Assembly (NCBI GenBank): GCA_001949185.1
Contig: BDGG01000006.1
Coordinates: forward strand, 1,346,827 to 1,410,826
DNA: 64,000 nt
Source of the DNA: Ramazzottius varieornatus
Lineage: Eukaryota > Animalia > Tardigrada
Reading direction: 5' to 3'
This document shows, piece after piece, positions 1 to 11,459 of this stretch. Position numbers and translations under genes: made by a program. Positions within the stretch are counted from its first letter, which is position 1. Every line of letters begins with the position of its first letter. The notes under the pieces are model-generated. The model searched no databases. It was not told the origin of the DNA and worked only from the letters and a program-made list of their open reading frames with translations.

Positions 1-795
1 ATTCCGTCGCGCACCTTCCAAGCCGTCGATCGCATGACCAGTGCCAGTCCGCAACCCGCAGGATCTTCCTTGTACGGTCGCTCTGCCAGTCCTTCTCCCT
101 ATGGTCGTACACCCGAGCCGGCTGAACCCTTCCGGACGGACTTGACAGAAGAGCAAGCTTCCAACTTGCGTTATGGGGGAGCCGGTATCCCTTCTCGCTC
201 CTTCCAAATGCTACAGAACATGACAGAGTCAGGCACGGTTCCCGTCGGTAACGCCCTTCAGCCCAACCAGCGTAACTCGGCCATCAACAACTCGTACGGT
301 TACCAGACCTACAGTATACCCGTATCGCAGATACCTGATCCCAGTCCACATGACTTCAAATATCAAGGTAGAATTTGTTCAGTCAAGCCAGGTAATCAAA
401 CGGTGTTGGTAACGGTCTTAAATTCGATGTAGGCCCACAGTATTCGACATACGAGCTTCCCAACCCGCGCAATCCCGCCGCAAATTCTGTGGCCACGAAG
501 TACTCGACATCGATCAACGTAGGATCTAACTCTACCGCTGGACGTAGTTTCGCGGTGAACCACAACAGCCCCTACGCCCAGTCTGCAACGTCCCCAAGCC
601 CATATGGAGTTACCCAGCAAAGCGGTGCGGTTCAACCTGGATATTATGGGACATCAAGCTTTCCTGCTCGAAACGTTCAGTACTCGCAAGTACCCACCGG
701 TAAGTTCAGTCTTACCGTTTCGGAACAATTTAACGTTTGAACAGTTGACGTTTCTTCCAGGATATACTGCTGGATCTGGTGTGTCAGATTTCTGA
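1..795 (+). CDS. 3' exons of a low-complexity Ser/Pro/Gln/Tyr-rich protein (5' end probably outside window)
   Basis: The frame is maintained across GT-AG introns 368-432 and 700-760 (…FKYQG/PQYSTYEL…VPTG/YTAGSGVSDF*). A SPSPYG motif occurs twice. No recognisable domain. Confidence 0.6.
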
Positions 796-1221
796 AGAGA
801 AAACATCACAGTAAACCGCAATAGGAAACACCAAACTGTATCACAGAGAAGAGAACCAGGACGAGAAAGAAAACAAAAAATCACCGATAATTATTTTGAA
901 TTTCAGGCAGATCTTCTTCATTGTGAGTAAAGTCGAGTTCCTACGCATACACATTTTCACTAATTTTTTTTACTGATGAAAAGGCTTATTTAAATTTAGT
1001 CCTAATCAATTTGAACATATTGCTATCACCGGTCTCCCGCTTCCCCGTTGTCCACTAGACTCTACCCCGATAGCACCTTTTGTAATGTTGACTGTGACGC
1101 ATTCTGCCTGATTTCTGCTTTCACCAAAGTTTTAGAACTTGTCGACCGCTGTGTGCTTGTAAAAATTTTTGTGCGTCCGTGTTTCTAGTAGAAGGTAATA
1201 AGCTTCTACCGAGAAAGTCTG

Positions 1222-3011
1222 TCAGCTGAATTCACTGTAGTCTTCCAGGAGGTTTTCCGCAGCAGCTTCGGCTTCCCTTCTGGCCTGCTCTTCGGGTAAG
1301 TACTGCAGGGTAGCCACAGCATGAAGACAGCTTTGAATATGCTTTAGAATTTCTTCTTCTTCGTTGAGTAAAGTCTGGAGCTGGTCTTGATATTGGAGAA
1401 CTGCAAGTCGATCGCTGCCGAGGAAACGGGGCTTCTGCTCCATGCGGCGCACTTCGGCCGGCATGATCGCCCTAAAATAGTATAGGGGTAAGTGAATTAT
1501 TGCATTGGATATTCAAACGACCTTCTTTGTTCTTTATACGACATTTGGAAGCTCAGCAAAAACCCGACCAGATCGCTTTGCCAAATGGCGCACGCTGTCC
1601 GCATTACTGTAGGGAAACATGCGCCACTTGAAAAAGAGAATCTTGTCCAGTTTCGATATCTCAAGTGGCGCATGTTAACATTGCTAGAAGTTCGCGCGAT
1701 GCAAAGAGCGAAACTAAAGTTATTCATCGAGAACATCTTCTCGAGAGGACTTTCAGATATAGAACATGTAGCTCATACAGCCATGTTATATGGGAGGAGC
1801 CCACAGCCGGACATGGCGAATGGTCAAGACAGAAATGCCATTAAGGGAACCTACGAGGAAGAACACTGTACATAAGGGCGGAAGCTCGTATATATTGATC
1901 AGCCTACGCCATGTCCGCCCATGCTTGAACGAGAAGGACGGCTTATCAACTACCGCATTAACAACTATTGTCATCAACAATAATTTCCTAATTGTTCGAA
2001 GGTGTGCGCGACTTGGAGAAACGATCCCTGAACGAACGAGGTTCAGTTCATTTGCCTACGAACCGCTAGTAGTGGTGGATGTGGTTGATTGGTTGTTCGG
2101 TACTTACGTGTTTATGGTGCTGGCTGACAATGCTTCCATGATTTCGATGTGAGTGTCAATCACGGTCTTCACTCGCCATCTTTTCATGGGAGTCGAGTCC
2201 TTGTTTCGTCCACCTTCTAACGATGCTTCGGTGGTGTCCAAGTCTTTTATCTTGGTTTTCCGCCGCTTCCTGATTGGCTTGTCTGAGGGCTCTTGAGCAA
2301 CGTCATCCTCCAGAGCGTACTTGCGGGCCTTGTGACTGCCGGCTCTGCCATCTCGTTGATGCTTCTCGGTCGGCCACGGTGCTCTATCAAGGCTATCTTC
2401 GGATACGGGTTTCATGAATGCAGACGAGGCCGCTTTTGGTGCTGCCATCAACATGTTATACAGTTCGGGCATTCTCTCTTGCGGGTTCGCAGCTTGTCCC
2501 TCCAGTAAATTTCTCCCTAATAACTCTGAAACAGAACCTTGCAAATTGATTGGGTATTTTGGTGTCGAATACACGGTATGTTTTCTTAAACGGGTCCTTA
2601 TTTTCGTCAACAAACATGCTACGGCATAGTTAAAAGCGATTTGACAGTCAATATTTAACGTAGGTGCCTTGCGCATGACGTCATGCACAAGGTGGCCAAG
2701 TTAACTGAGCTCTACCTTCCTCTTCCATCGCGACTGGCTCTGTATGCCGCAGGTTCGAGTATTCCTTTCGAATGACGGAAACGGATGTCGGACGGCCTCA
2801 GTAACACGGTCCTACATGGTATCACATCGAAGCGAATGAGAACACGACGACGAGGAGGAACAAGATCGCCTGGAGAAAGACGTTTGTCTGGAACTTTGCT
2901 GTGTGAAATCGTTGCCACGGTTTCGTTTCGTGCTGCAGTTGGTCGTAGATCTGATTGTGACATCCTCCTAGACAGGAACTGCATCTTCATCGTGCGTACC
3001 GCTCTTTCCAT
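1222..3011 (-). CDS. Hypothetical multi-exon protein of unknown function; 5' end uncertain
   Basis: ORFs 2104-2688, 1786-1980, 1497-1736 and 1222-1464 lie in series. In-frame splices are plausible at …ASTINT/KLLLMT… (donor AC|GTAAGT near 2107) and …KEQRR/AIMPAEV… (acceptor TTTTAG near 1472). The other junctions are unresolved. Confidence 0.4.
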
Positions 3012-3336
3012 TGTACTATATGCTGGGATTTACTCGCACCTTCTGTTACGGAGCAGCTGGTGTTACGCTGTGAAAAGCCACTGTCAGTTGAAGTCCGAGG
3101 GTTGCCAAGTTTTGACTGTTTGACCTCTAGCATCCAATTAAAATTCTGCCATACGGTTAGAGTAAACGATAATTTCACACTGATATATGGAAATTTTGTG
3201 GCCAATGTAACTGATTGCAAGTCGGTCAGGGTGCTCCAGAATGTTTGGCAGATGGTGCTGACTTTGCCTTTGTTTGGCCAGTGGTTGTGAACGAGGTAGT
3301 CGGTCGAGGCCTCTTTTCCTGACACCGGTTTTCGCC

Positions 3337-5022
3337 ATGAACGATCCGACGCCAACTATCAGCTCGATGATTCCATCGCGGAATACCGATGTCGCCCAGG
3401 ATCCCCGCCCTGTGGAATGTTCTAAACATGGAGACCAGGAAATGCACGGCGACGATCTACAAGACGCATCTTCGAAAGCGGCCACTTCGTCAGCCAACTC
3501 CTCGGTAGTATCGCGCGAAACGTCAGCGGTACAGCCAGATCTCAAGTTTTCGAAGCTTACCGTATCGACGAACTCCACGACCACGCCCAACTCAAGAACA
3601 ACAAAAACAGCAAAAACCGTGACCAGTACTTACAAAGCGCTGAAACCCATGAGCGGTCGGATGTCTGTTCCTGTGAATCGACTTTTATCCAGTCAAAAGT
3701 CCAGCGACACCAGCGGAAGACTGTCTGCTCCGCTGACACGATCCACCACGCCTTCGTCGCTGGCTTCAGCGAACTCGTCCGTGCGATCGGTGCCGAGTAG
3801 CAATACGCCAGAATCCGCCAAAAGTTTGTACAACCAAAGTGAGTATTGATCGTGTTCGATACATAAAAATGCGAAATGAAAATTTGAGAGCAATTGTTAT
3901 TATTCGAATCAATTTGACGCCGATTGTTTCAGAAAGGTTTCTGCAAGCCTACCCTATTTTCGATAAGTTAGCTCAAGCGAAGGATGTGACCGCCATGTAT
4001 TACAAAGCGGTGATGTTGCTCGATGGACTGGGCATACACGAAAGCAATCGGGAAGGGCTAATGGGCCTGAAGAGGACATACGACCAGTCTATCAGAATAC
4101 CCTGTGACCCGGAGTACCGCCACTTAGCGTGCTACCAGATAGGTCTTGCGTATTCAAGAGGCGTGGGTGCGCGACAAGATCTTGGCGAAGCGGTGCAATG
4201 GTGGCTGAAAGCGGCGAACGAAGTGCGATATGATCCCTCCTCACAGATAGCTTTTGGTAAAAGTCTTCAGCTATTCAGTACTTCAACGTTGTGTCAACCG
4301 ACTAATGTACTGTCTTTGACACGATATCTTCAGATCAACAGCTGAACACAGAAGCCGGAACACTCTGTCAGATGATCCTAGCCCGACACTACGCCAGCCT
4401 GCGACCAAACCCTGACTGGGAGAAATGTTACAACTGGTACAAAGAAGCTGCTCAAAATGGCTCGGTGGAGAGTATGTATCAGACTGGCATTCTGACGTGG
4501 TACGGTCTTGGATGTCCAACTGACGATCCAGCGAAGCACCATGAAACCATCCAGAATTTCCTGGGACGAGCGGCCACCGCCGGGAATATTTGTACGTTAT
4601 CCCAAAGGCTTTTGCCTCCATGCGTTCCTGTTGAGTAACTCTCTCTTTCAGGTGCGATGTGTAACTTAGCCATGTACTGTCTAGAAAAGAACCTACAAGA
4701 AGGTGCTTTCATGTGGGCAACCAAAGCCATTGAAACGGTGACTCAGTTGCCCAGCAGGGGTACGCTTGGAGCAGCGGTGAAGTCGGTCGTGTCATTGCCG
4801 AATAATGAGAATGATGAAGAAAGTATCACAAAGAGTATTTCGATGGCGTACTTTGTTCTTGCGCATCTGCATAACGTCGGCGCAGTCGCGACCATGGACA
4901 AGGAAAAGGCAGCGGAGTTCTATGAAGCGGCTTCCGCCATTGATATGGGACTTGTTCAGTCCTTAACCAATTTGTTGGAAAGCGAATTGCATATGAAAAG
5001 TGAAACCGCTATCGAGCAGTGA
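3337..5022 (+). CDS. Sel1-like repeat protein (LRP2-binding-protein-like) with Ser/Thr-rich N-terminus; 4 exons
   Basis: Exons 3337-3838, 3933-4256, 4334-4591 and 4652-5022 splice in frame at canonical sites. Sel1 motifs: AMYYKAVMLLDGLG, ACYQIGLAYSRGVGARQDLGEAVQWWLKAA, WYKEAAQNGSVESMYQTGILTWYGLG, AYFVLAHLHNVG…DKEKAAEFYEAA. Confidence 0.8.
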
Positions 5023-5679
5023 TAGGTACTCAACACATTTACATCTGACTGCTTTTATCCAATGCAATTGCAAAGTATGAAAAGGGTGAAAGAGAAATAT
5101 TCGTTTGCTTCCACGGATGGTGCTGCCGCCGCGTGCATAATTCAAATTGAAACCTGGAGGTAAAGAGGTAGATAGCAGTCCATCCGCAAAGATCTCATTG
5201 CTTCATGGACAGCATCGAATATCAGAAGGAACTTCCCATACGTACAGTAAGTTACAGTAACTTAGTCGGTCCTGGCCGATGTTGCATAGTGTGGCCGGTC
5301 TGTCCTTTCCCCTTACAACTGGATGTTTTAGTCCAGAGAATCTACCGGATGGCCATTCGTAATTTTCACAAAAATTTTCCTTCTGAGACAAATTTCGTAT
5401 TACTTTTTCGAAACAGGACTACTCCTACGTGTTTGATACTACGGTGTCTCTTCTCTGTTTCGGTCCCACTGGCTTCACACCATTGTATCAGGCGCGGAAG
5501 TGTGACTTGTCCCCCTTAAAACACCTTAACCATAAAAATTCATGGTTCTGAAATTCATGCTTCCCCTTGTCCTTTCGCTCTAAACCGTTTTGTCAGTTCA
5601 CCAACTCTCATCTCTTGTTTGACACTTTATCGATTCGAATTTCTCTGCTCTGGGGTACGCCAGGAATTATTTTGGTTGA

Positions 5680-6070
5680 GGCATACACAACTGAAATCTC
5701 GAAAATTTTAGTGCTTGAATTTTATCGAGGCACGAACGCATCTCGCACCGCCGACAAAATCAGATCCGTGTTTGACTTTGAAACACCTAACAGTCTTACC
5801 GTGGGTTATTGGCTTGATCGGTTTCGTTCTGGAGATTTTTCGTCCAAAAGTTACCCTTACGCGGAAGGCTAAAATCGAAAGAGAACGACAATTTGCTGAC
5901 CGATCATGTCAAACCCCATGCTTCCCAGACTATTGTGTAATTCTCACAGGACTAAGGTGTGCCTGCCTAAAGTCTTTCTGTCCATTTGAACGAAACGGGG
6001 AAGGCGAAAAAGCAAGAGAAGTCGCTACCCCACTTACTTCGCGCTCTTCAAAAAGAACGCAGAGTTCTGC
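5680..6070 (+). mobile_element. Degenerate mariner-family transposase fragment (N-terminal HTH region)
   Basis: ILVLEFYRGTNASRTADKIRSVF…TVGYWLDRFRSGDFS resembles the mariner HTH. The frameshifted segment GKAKKQEKSLPHLLRALQKERRV at 5998-6066 resembles the mariner GKVKK…WVPHEL…QK.RR motif. No intact catalytic domain or TIRs seen. Confidence 0.65.
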
Positions 6071-7170
6071 TTTGTTTTTCCCCACTCTGGATTGCAAACA
6101 ATAGCGAGCCGATAGCAAACTGCATTGCTTACCGCTGAGAACATGAGCACTTCATAGAAACTTTCTAAGCGAGAAATGGTGTGCTCTGACAGATCTAGAG
6201 GCTAACCACCGCGGAAAAGTTCGAACCGTGAGCGGCGCTGAAAGAGAACCATGATAAAATTCTGATGGCCACCTCACACCCCTGACCGCTATACATTTCT
6301 GTAACCCCGCAAAGCCATAATGGTAGTCCGGAACTTTCTGAAAAAGCATTGTTTATAGAAAAACCTTCCCCTCAACAGACGAAAATAATGCCCGGACTAG
6401 ACCCACTACTGTTGCAAGGCTGCTCCAGTGTGCAGATTGAACAAAACACTGCGGCGAAACCGCAGGAAGAGGAACTGATACTTCGCATTCACGCTTTTTA
6501 AGGCAGGATCCTGGCACTAACGCACTATCAGCTGCTCAAGAACTAGGACCTTTTCCAGCGGGACAGAAAAATTTTCCCGGAAGTGAGTTTGAACAGCGTC
6601 GTTACAGAGTTCATTTTTCCTCTTCCTCCAGGCTTCTGCAGCAATGGAACGGAATGTCCTCCAAGAAACTCTCGGGAATGCCGTGCTAGTATGGGTGTAC
6701 AAGTTGATCTAAAAGTTTGAGATATGGGGTCAGAAAAAAATTCAAATTCGGCAGAGGACAAGGGGACAAGTCATACTTCCGCACCTGATATCAGTCCGAC
6801 CGGGAAGAACGTTTCACGAGAGAAGGTGATGACAGAAAACTTCCCTTCTTTTTATTTTGGAAAATATTCTGTCCTCGTAAAACTTCGACAAAAAGCGCGA
6901 ACATAGGCGCACGTGCGTGTGAAGCTCAGCATGGCGACCGTGAGAAACTTTTCGGAGCTCGTCTGATGTTCGTTCTCCACAGAGACCCTCACATTCAACC
7001 GAAGCGAAAGACCAGAATTATCTGTCGCTGTATCACGGTCATTGTCACTTGCAACATTTGGTAAGAAGTACGAACTTGGAGGTAATCATCAAAGCGGAAA
7101 CTCAAGAGCATATATAAATTAGTCACTGTATATTCAGAACCGACGAGAAATTCATAGAACACAGAATCAA

Positions 7171-8399
7171 TCAGACATAGTTATGGAAAGCGGTATGCGG
7201 GAAATATGGCACCAAAGCTCTTCGAATATTTTCTTCACGATCACCGGTCATATCCACAGTCAGCTTCGGTATCGCAATCAAGTCACCATCGTCATCATCG
7301 CCCAGTGACAACGCGAGTTCCACCGTACAGTTAATGATCGTTACGCTCTTCAGCGTTTCCGGTAGCCAGTTCGACCATCCGGCAATCACTCTCAGTCGAC
7401 AGAACGTCAGATGTTCCAACTTGGGACAGCGGTTGATGAGACCCAGAGATGCACCAAGTATGTCCGAGACAAAGTTGTCGAAGCGACTATTCGAGTAGAA
7501 TGTAATGTGACGGATGTCGTCACCCACTAAGGATGCGCAGTCTTCCCGCATCTTCCGCGCTCCCAGGAATGGTGTGGCGTAACCTAGGTATGTATCCGCG
7601 CTGAGGACTAGATGCTGCGTGAAAGACGGAAGGGCGAGGATGTCCTTCCAGCGCGCGCAAACCCTAAAAAACAAAGAAGGGTAACAGAAATTTCATATCA
7701 ACATGACATACATACAGCGTTACACGTCATTTTTTCCAAGTTTTTCCACCGTTTCGAAACACAGCCTGGTGGAAGTGCTCAGATGGAGCCGCGCGCATTA
7801 TTCGACACTACATGGTATGTGCCCATAGGACAAGTAATTATGTGCGCGAGTTCATCCAAGTTGCTTTGGAATCGGTTGACCATGGTTTCGCTAACTTTTA
7901 TATTCTAATTGCGAGTTCTTCAGGGAAGATCTGAGCTTTATCGATGGATGCGGAACACGGTGGAGGCTCACACGATTCGTTCAGAGATTCGACATGCAGA
8001 ATACACTTCATTGGAATTTCGACTGCTTGCTTACTTGCGAAGGTTTTGATGTTCGAAGGTGTTCAGCTTATGAAAGATCAGGGCAAGGATTTCGTCGGGC
8101 ATGTCAGAGATCTGAGTCTGGAATGTTCCGCAGGTACAGCCACGATGAAGGAAGGCATTCTGCCAGTAAGCCACCTCGCCATACGCTTCTGTGAGGGATG
8201 CTTCAGCAGCCTCAACACGGTTTAGTAACGTCTGCTCTCTTTGACGGAATATAGCCCACAATGCTCCTTTGTCGAGATCTTTGGGGACTGGAATGTTGAA
8301 GGGAGAAGAGGTTTCGGAAGCGCTTGAAGAGGAAACACGGGGAGAGGATACAGAGGGAGGATGGCCGGATGTTGAGGAGGTTGTCGGTTGATCCGTCAT
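7171..8399 (-). CDS. F-box protein with LRR-like C-terminal region; 2 exons
   Basis: Exons 8399-8035 and 7663-7171 join to give the F-box ISDMPDEILALIFHKLNTFEHQNLRK/VCARWKDIL. Downstream LINRCPKLEHLTF is LRR-like. Confidence 0.75.
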
Positions 8400-8677
8400 C
8401 CTGTCTCACACTTACAGAGCGGGGACAAATTCACCGGGAACCTCAAGAGTGGTATCACCTGATACGAAATCGAGCGCAGAGGAATTTGAGAGGACTGGAA
8501 GAAGCTCACAAGTCTGGACTCTGAAGAACGACGGAGTGAATAATAATTTTATGAACTGACTCTTCCTTTCATAAGTCATAAGGTTCGCGCATCGTGACGT
8601 AATATGACATGACAAGTGCTACACCAGGAACCGCGGGCGCGGGGAGCCAACTGATCAAGAGGCAGGCTTCTCACTCG

Positions 8678-9678
8678 GAGGTTGATACTCGCCTTGTTTA
8701 GTTTAGTAAGTCGGATTAGCACAGTGCTAATCCAATCAGATCAGGCGATGGAGGCGGATCTGAACGCACTGAACCCACAATGCTATGCTATGCAAATTCC
8801 TGATCGGTGCTTAGCGCGTACAGCCCACTAAGCCCTGTTCAGTAAAAAGTGGTTAGTGGCCTAGTCATGTTCCACCGTGGGTATTGACTACTATGTAGCA
8901 GCCATGATGCTACTTGAATCCGTAATCTTTACCTGTCGTCTACTTTACGGCATCTTTTGACGTGTTCCAACTGGCAAGATTCGAATTTCTACCTCACAGT
9001 CCCAGTCTCACTGGAAAATTTCTTTTTGCTTGTTGTCACGATCGTTTCATCGACCCGGCCACAGTAGACAACTCGTTCATGAAACACAGAACCATAGCTG
9101 ACTAGAAAACCAGCTCGGAATTTCGACGCCGCGTTGGAAAACACGTGGCTGGCAGCTTTGGACACGATTCGCAAGCAGAATTCGAAAGACAGAAGCGCTT
9201 TCTTTTCCCATGTAGAATATAGCGTCAAGACTACAGCTGAAACTGCAGTTTCCAAAATACTCCAGTCTGTGATTAAAACTACAGTTAAACCTGCCGTCGA
9301 TGTCAGCTTACTGGACGTGCGCGCAGAGTTACAGTTGACGGTGCCGTTAACTGTGTAAGAGCTGCTCATCTGTACGACTGTAGGTCTAACTGTAGCGTTG
9401 GCTATTTTTTTTATTTGCTATGAACTCTAGCTTTGTTTCCGCAGCCTTTCAGTGGTTCGACTTCACACACTCTCACTTTAACTGTAGCTTTGTGTGCAGA
9501 GCTTTAACTGCCTCTTCAACTGCTGGTTCGCGACTGCCGTTGTACGTACGTTGCACTACGCTAATCCGAGCCTGGCATAACGGGTCGCAACCTGTGCGTG
9601 TTTAGTGTAGCTGGTGGGCGGAGTCTGATTGCTGTGCTGATTCAAAACAGTAAGCTAAACCAGGCAAGTATCAACCTC
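8678..9678. mobile_element. Putative ~1 kb non-autonomous TIR DNA element (degenerate)
   Basis: GAGGTTGATACTCGCCTTGTTTAGTTTA (8678-8705) matches the reverse complement of 9651-9678 at 25/28 nt. There is further subterminal similarity, and internal ACTGTAG/CTACAG-type motifs recur. No clear TSD. Confidence 0.5.
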
Positions 9679-9861
9679 TCTACTACTTAAACTGGGAGAG
9701 TAAAACATCAATGCATGATATGGGAACGGGATAAAACCTTCAAATCCAATAGCATAGTCAATAAATCGAATATTCATCACAAAATGTACAAGTAAAAGTT
9801 ATAATGGGGAGAAAGAAATTTGTGCAATGGAAAATGCGAACAAACCAGAGCCAAATCACAG

Positions 9862-11459
9862 TTACGGCTCTTGACCAGGTTTCTTCCGAAGGAAAAGGTG
9901 GTAAGTGCCTTTCTGGAACATATAGCTACCAGCGGAAGCGATGGTACTTGCCGCCGTGATGTACCTGTGAACGAAGCAAGCAAATGTCCAACGGTGGAGA
10001 AGCAACAGCCGACAGCGAGGTGAACAGCCGGAATGGGAGGACACCGGAAGTGATTCTTACCATAAGGCATGCAACGCCGGATGATCCACGTATCCGAGAA
10101 CCGGTGCGCCCAGCGTTGTTACAGCTAGGAACAACTGGATCCCCGTATTGTACTACAGCAGGATAACGTTTATTCCCAGTAGTAAAGAAAAAAACGTAAG
10201 GAAAAGCCAAGATGGTACTGGTGAAAGAAGTCCCGATCGGTTCTTACTTTGCTAATGGTCGTTGGCGATAGGTTCGCCGTTGCATAAGTTAAATCGAAGT
10301 ACTTCGATAATGTGATCTGTAGAATCGGGTGAGACAATGCCAGTTTTCCAAGTGGGATTTAGAAAATTTTTTGCACTGGAGAATTACCGGCGGCGGTATG
10401 GATTTATATCGAACAACGAAGGCAGCCGCTATCAGGCAAACATCACGCGCCACAATGAGCGCTGTCAAAGGAACTGTAGATAGAAATGGGTTGATGTAAT
10501 ATGCGATAATTTTGAAACTTAAGTGGATGGCTCAGCGATAAGAAGCACTGTACGAGAGCTTACCAGGGATAAGATGGACCATGGTAAGAGTAATCACGAC
10601 GGTGGTCACCAGGAGCTTGTCAGCTAAAGGGTCCAGAAAACTTCCTGCATTCGACCGTTGACTAGGGAACTTCCGAGCAATGTACCCATCGGCCTACAAG
10701 GTAGTGTTGAAGCTATACAGGGAGGCCAATTTCCGACAGCATGCTTCTTTTTCGAGTGGTTCCCGAATATTTTTCGAGAAGGGAATTGTGGTTACTTACC
10801 AAGTCAGTGAGGCCGGCGAAGAATGCCACACCGCAAGCCAACCGGAAATCTTGATGGAGAATTAGGTAGCCGATGTACGGGGTTAGACCTATCCGTACGA
10901 CGCAGAGTAAGTTCGGGATGGTAAAAATATTTTCCTTCTGTAAGAAGAGAATCAGAGCGGGTAGATGAAAGCCCGAGGTAGGAAACAAGCGACGCACAAA
11001 GACTTTGGATTAGTTGACAAAACGCGCCGCTTCCTCAGATCGGAGCAACATCAACGAATCAAACAGTCAACCTCCGCTTACCGTAGCCATCTCTTTCACT
11101 TTGCGCACTGTTTCATCTCGCTGCGTGCGCAGATTTAGTTTTATTCGCTCTTTTGACAGGAGAAAATCTTCACGATGTTTTTGATACTGATGTCTCAAAT
11201 TCTTTTTCTCTTTAGACGACGGCGGAGTACGATCGGAATGGAAAAGGGACGAGGAGGAAAAGTCTACCGTGAGGATTATCGAAGCGCTTTCAGGGATGAG
11301 CTGCTGGAAGATTCCATTGTTTCCGAAAACGACTCGGTGCAGCAGGCTTCGCGTACGAACATTCATCTCTCCGCAACAACCCCGAGGTATACCTGCAACC
11401 ACACAAGAAGTGCACGAGGGATCGGGAAGAGTTTTAACGACTTTTCTTAATGTTTTCAT
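9862..11459 (-). CDS. CRLS1: Cardiolipin synthase (CDP-alcohol phosphatidyltransferase family); about 7 exons
   Basis: Spliced product contains [19 protein letters not shown]…[34 protein letters not shown] (DGxxAR…GxxxDxxxD motif), then [39 protein letters not shown] and [15 protein letters not shown]. The basic N-terminus is compatible with mitochondrial targeting. Confidence 0.9.

Noticed and set aside
8989-9369. Thr/Val/Ala-rich ORFs on both strands
   Set aside because: Explained by repetitive motifs inside a putative TIR element; no domain or splice support.
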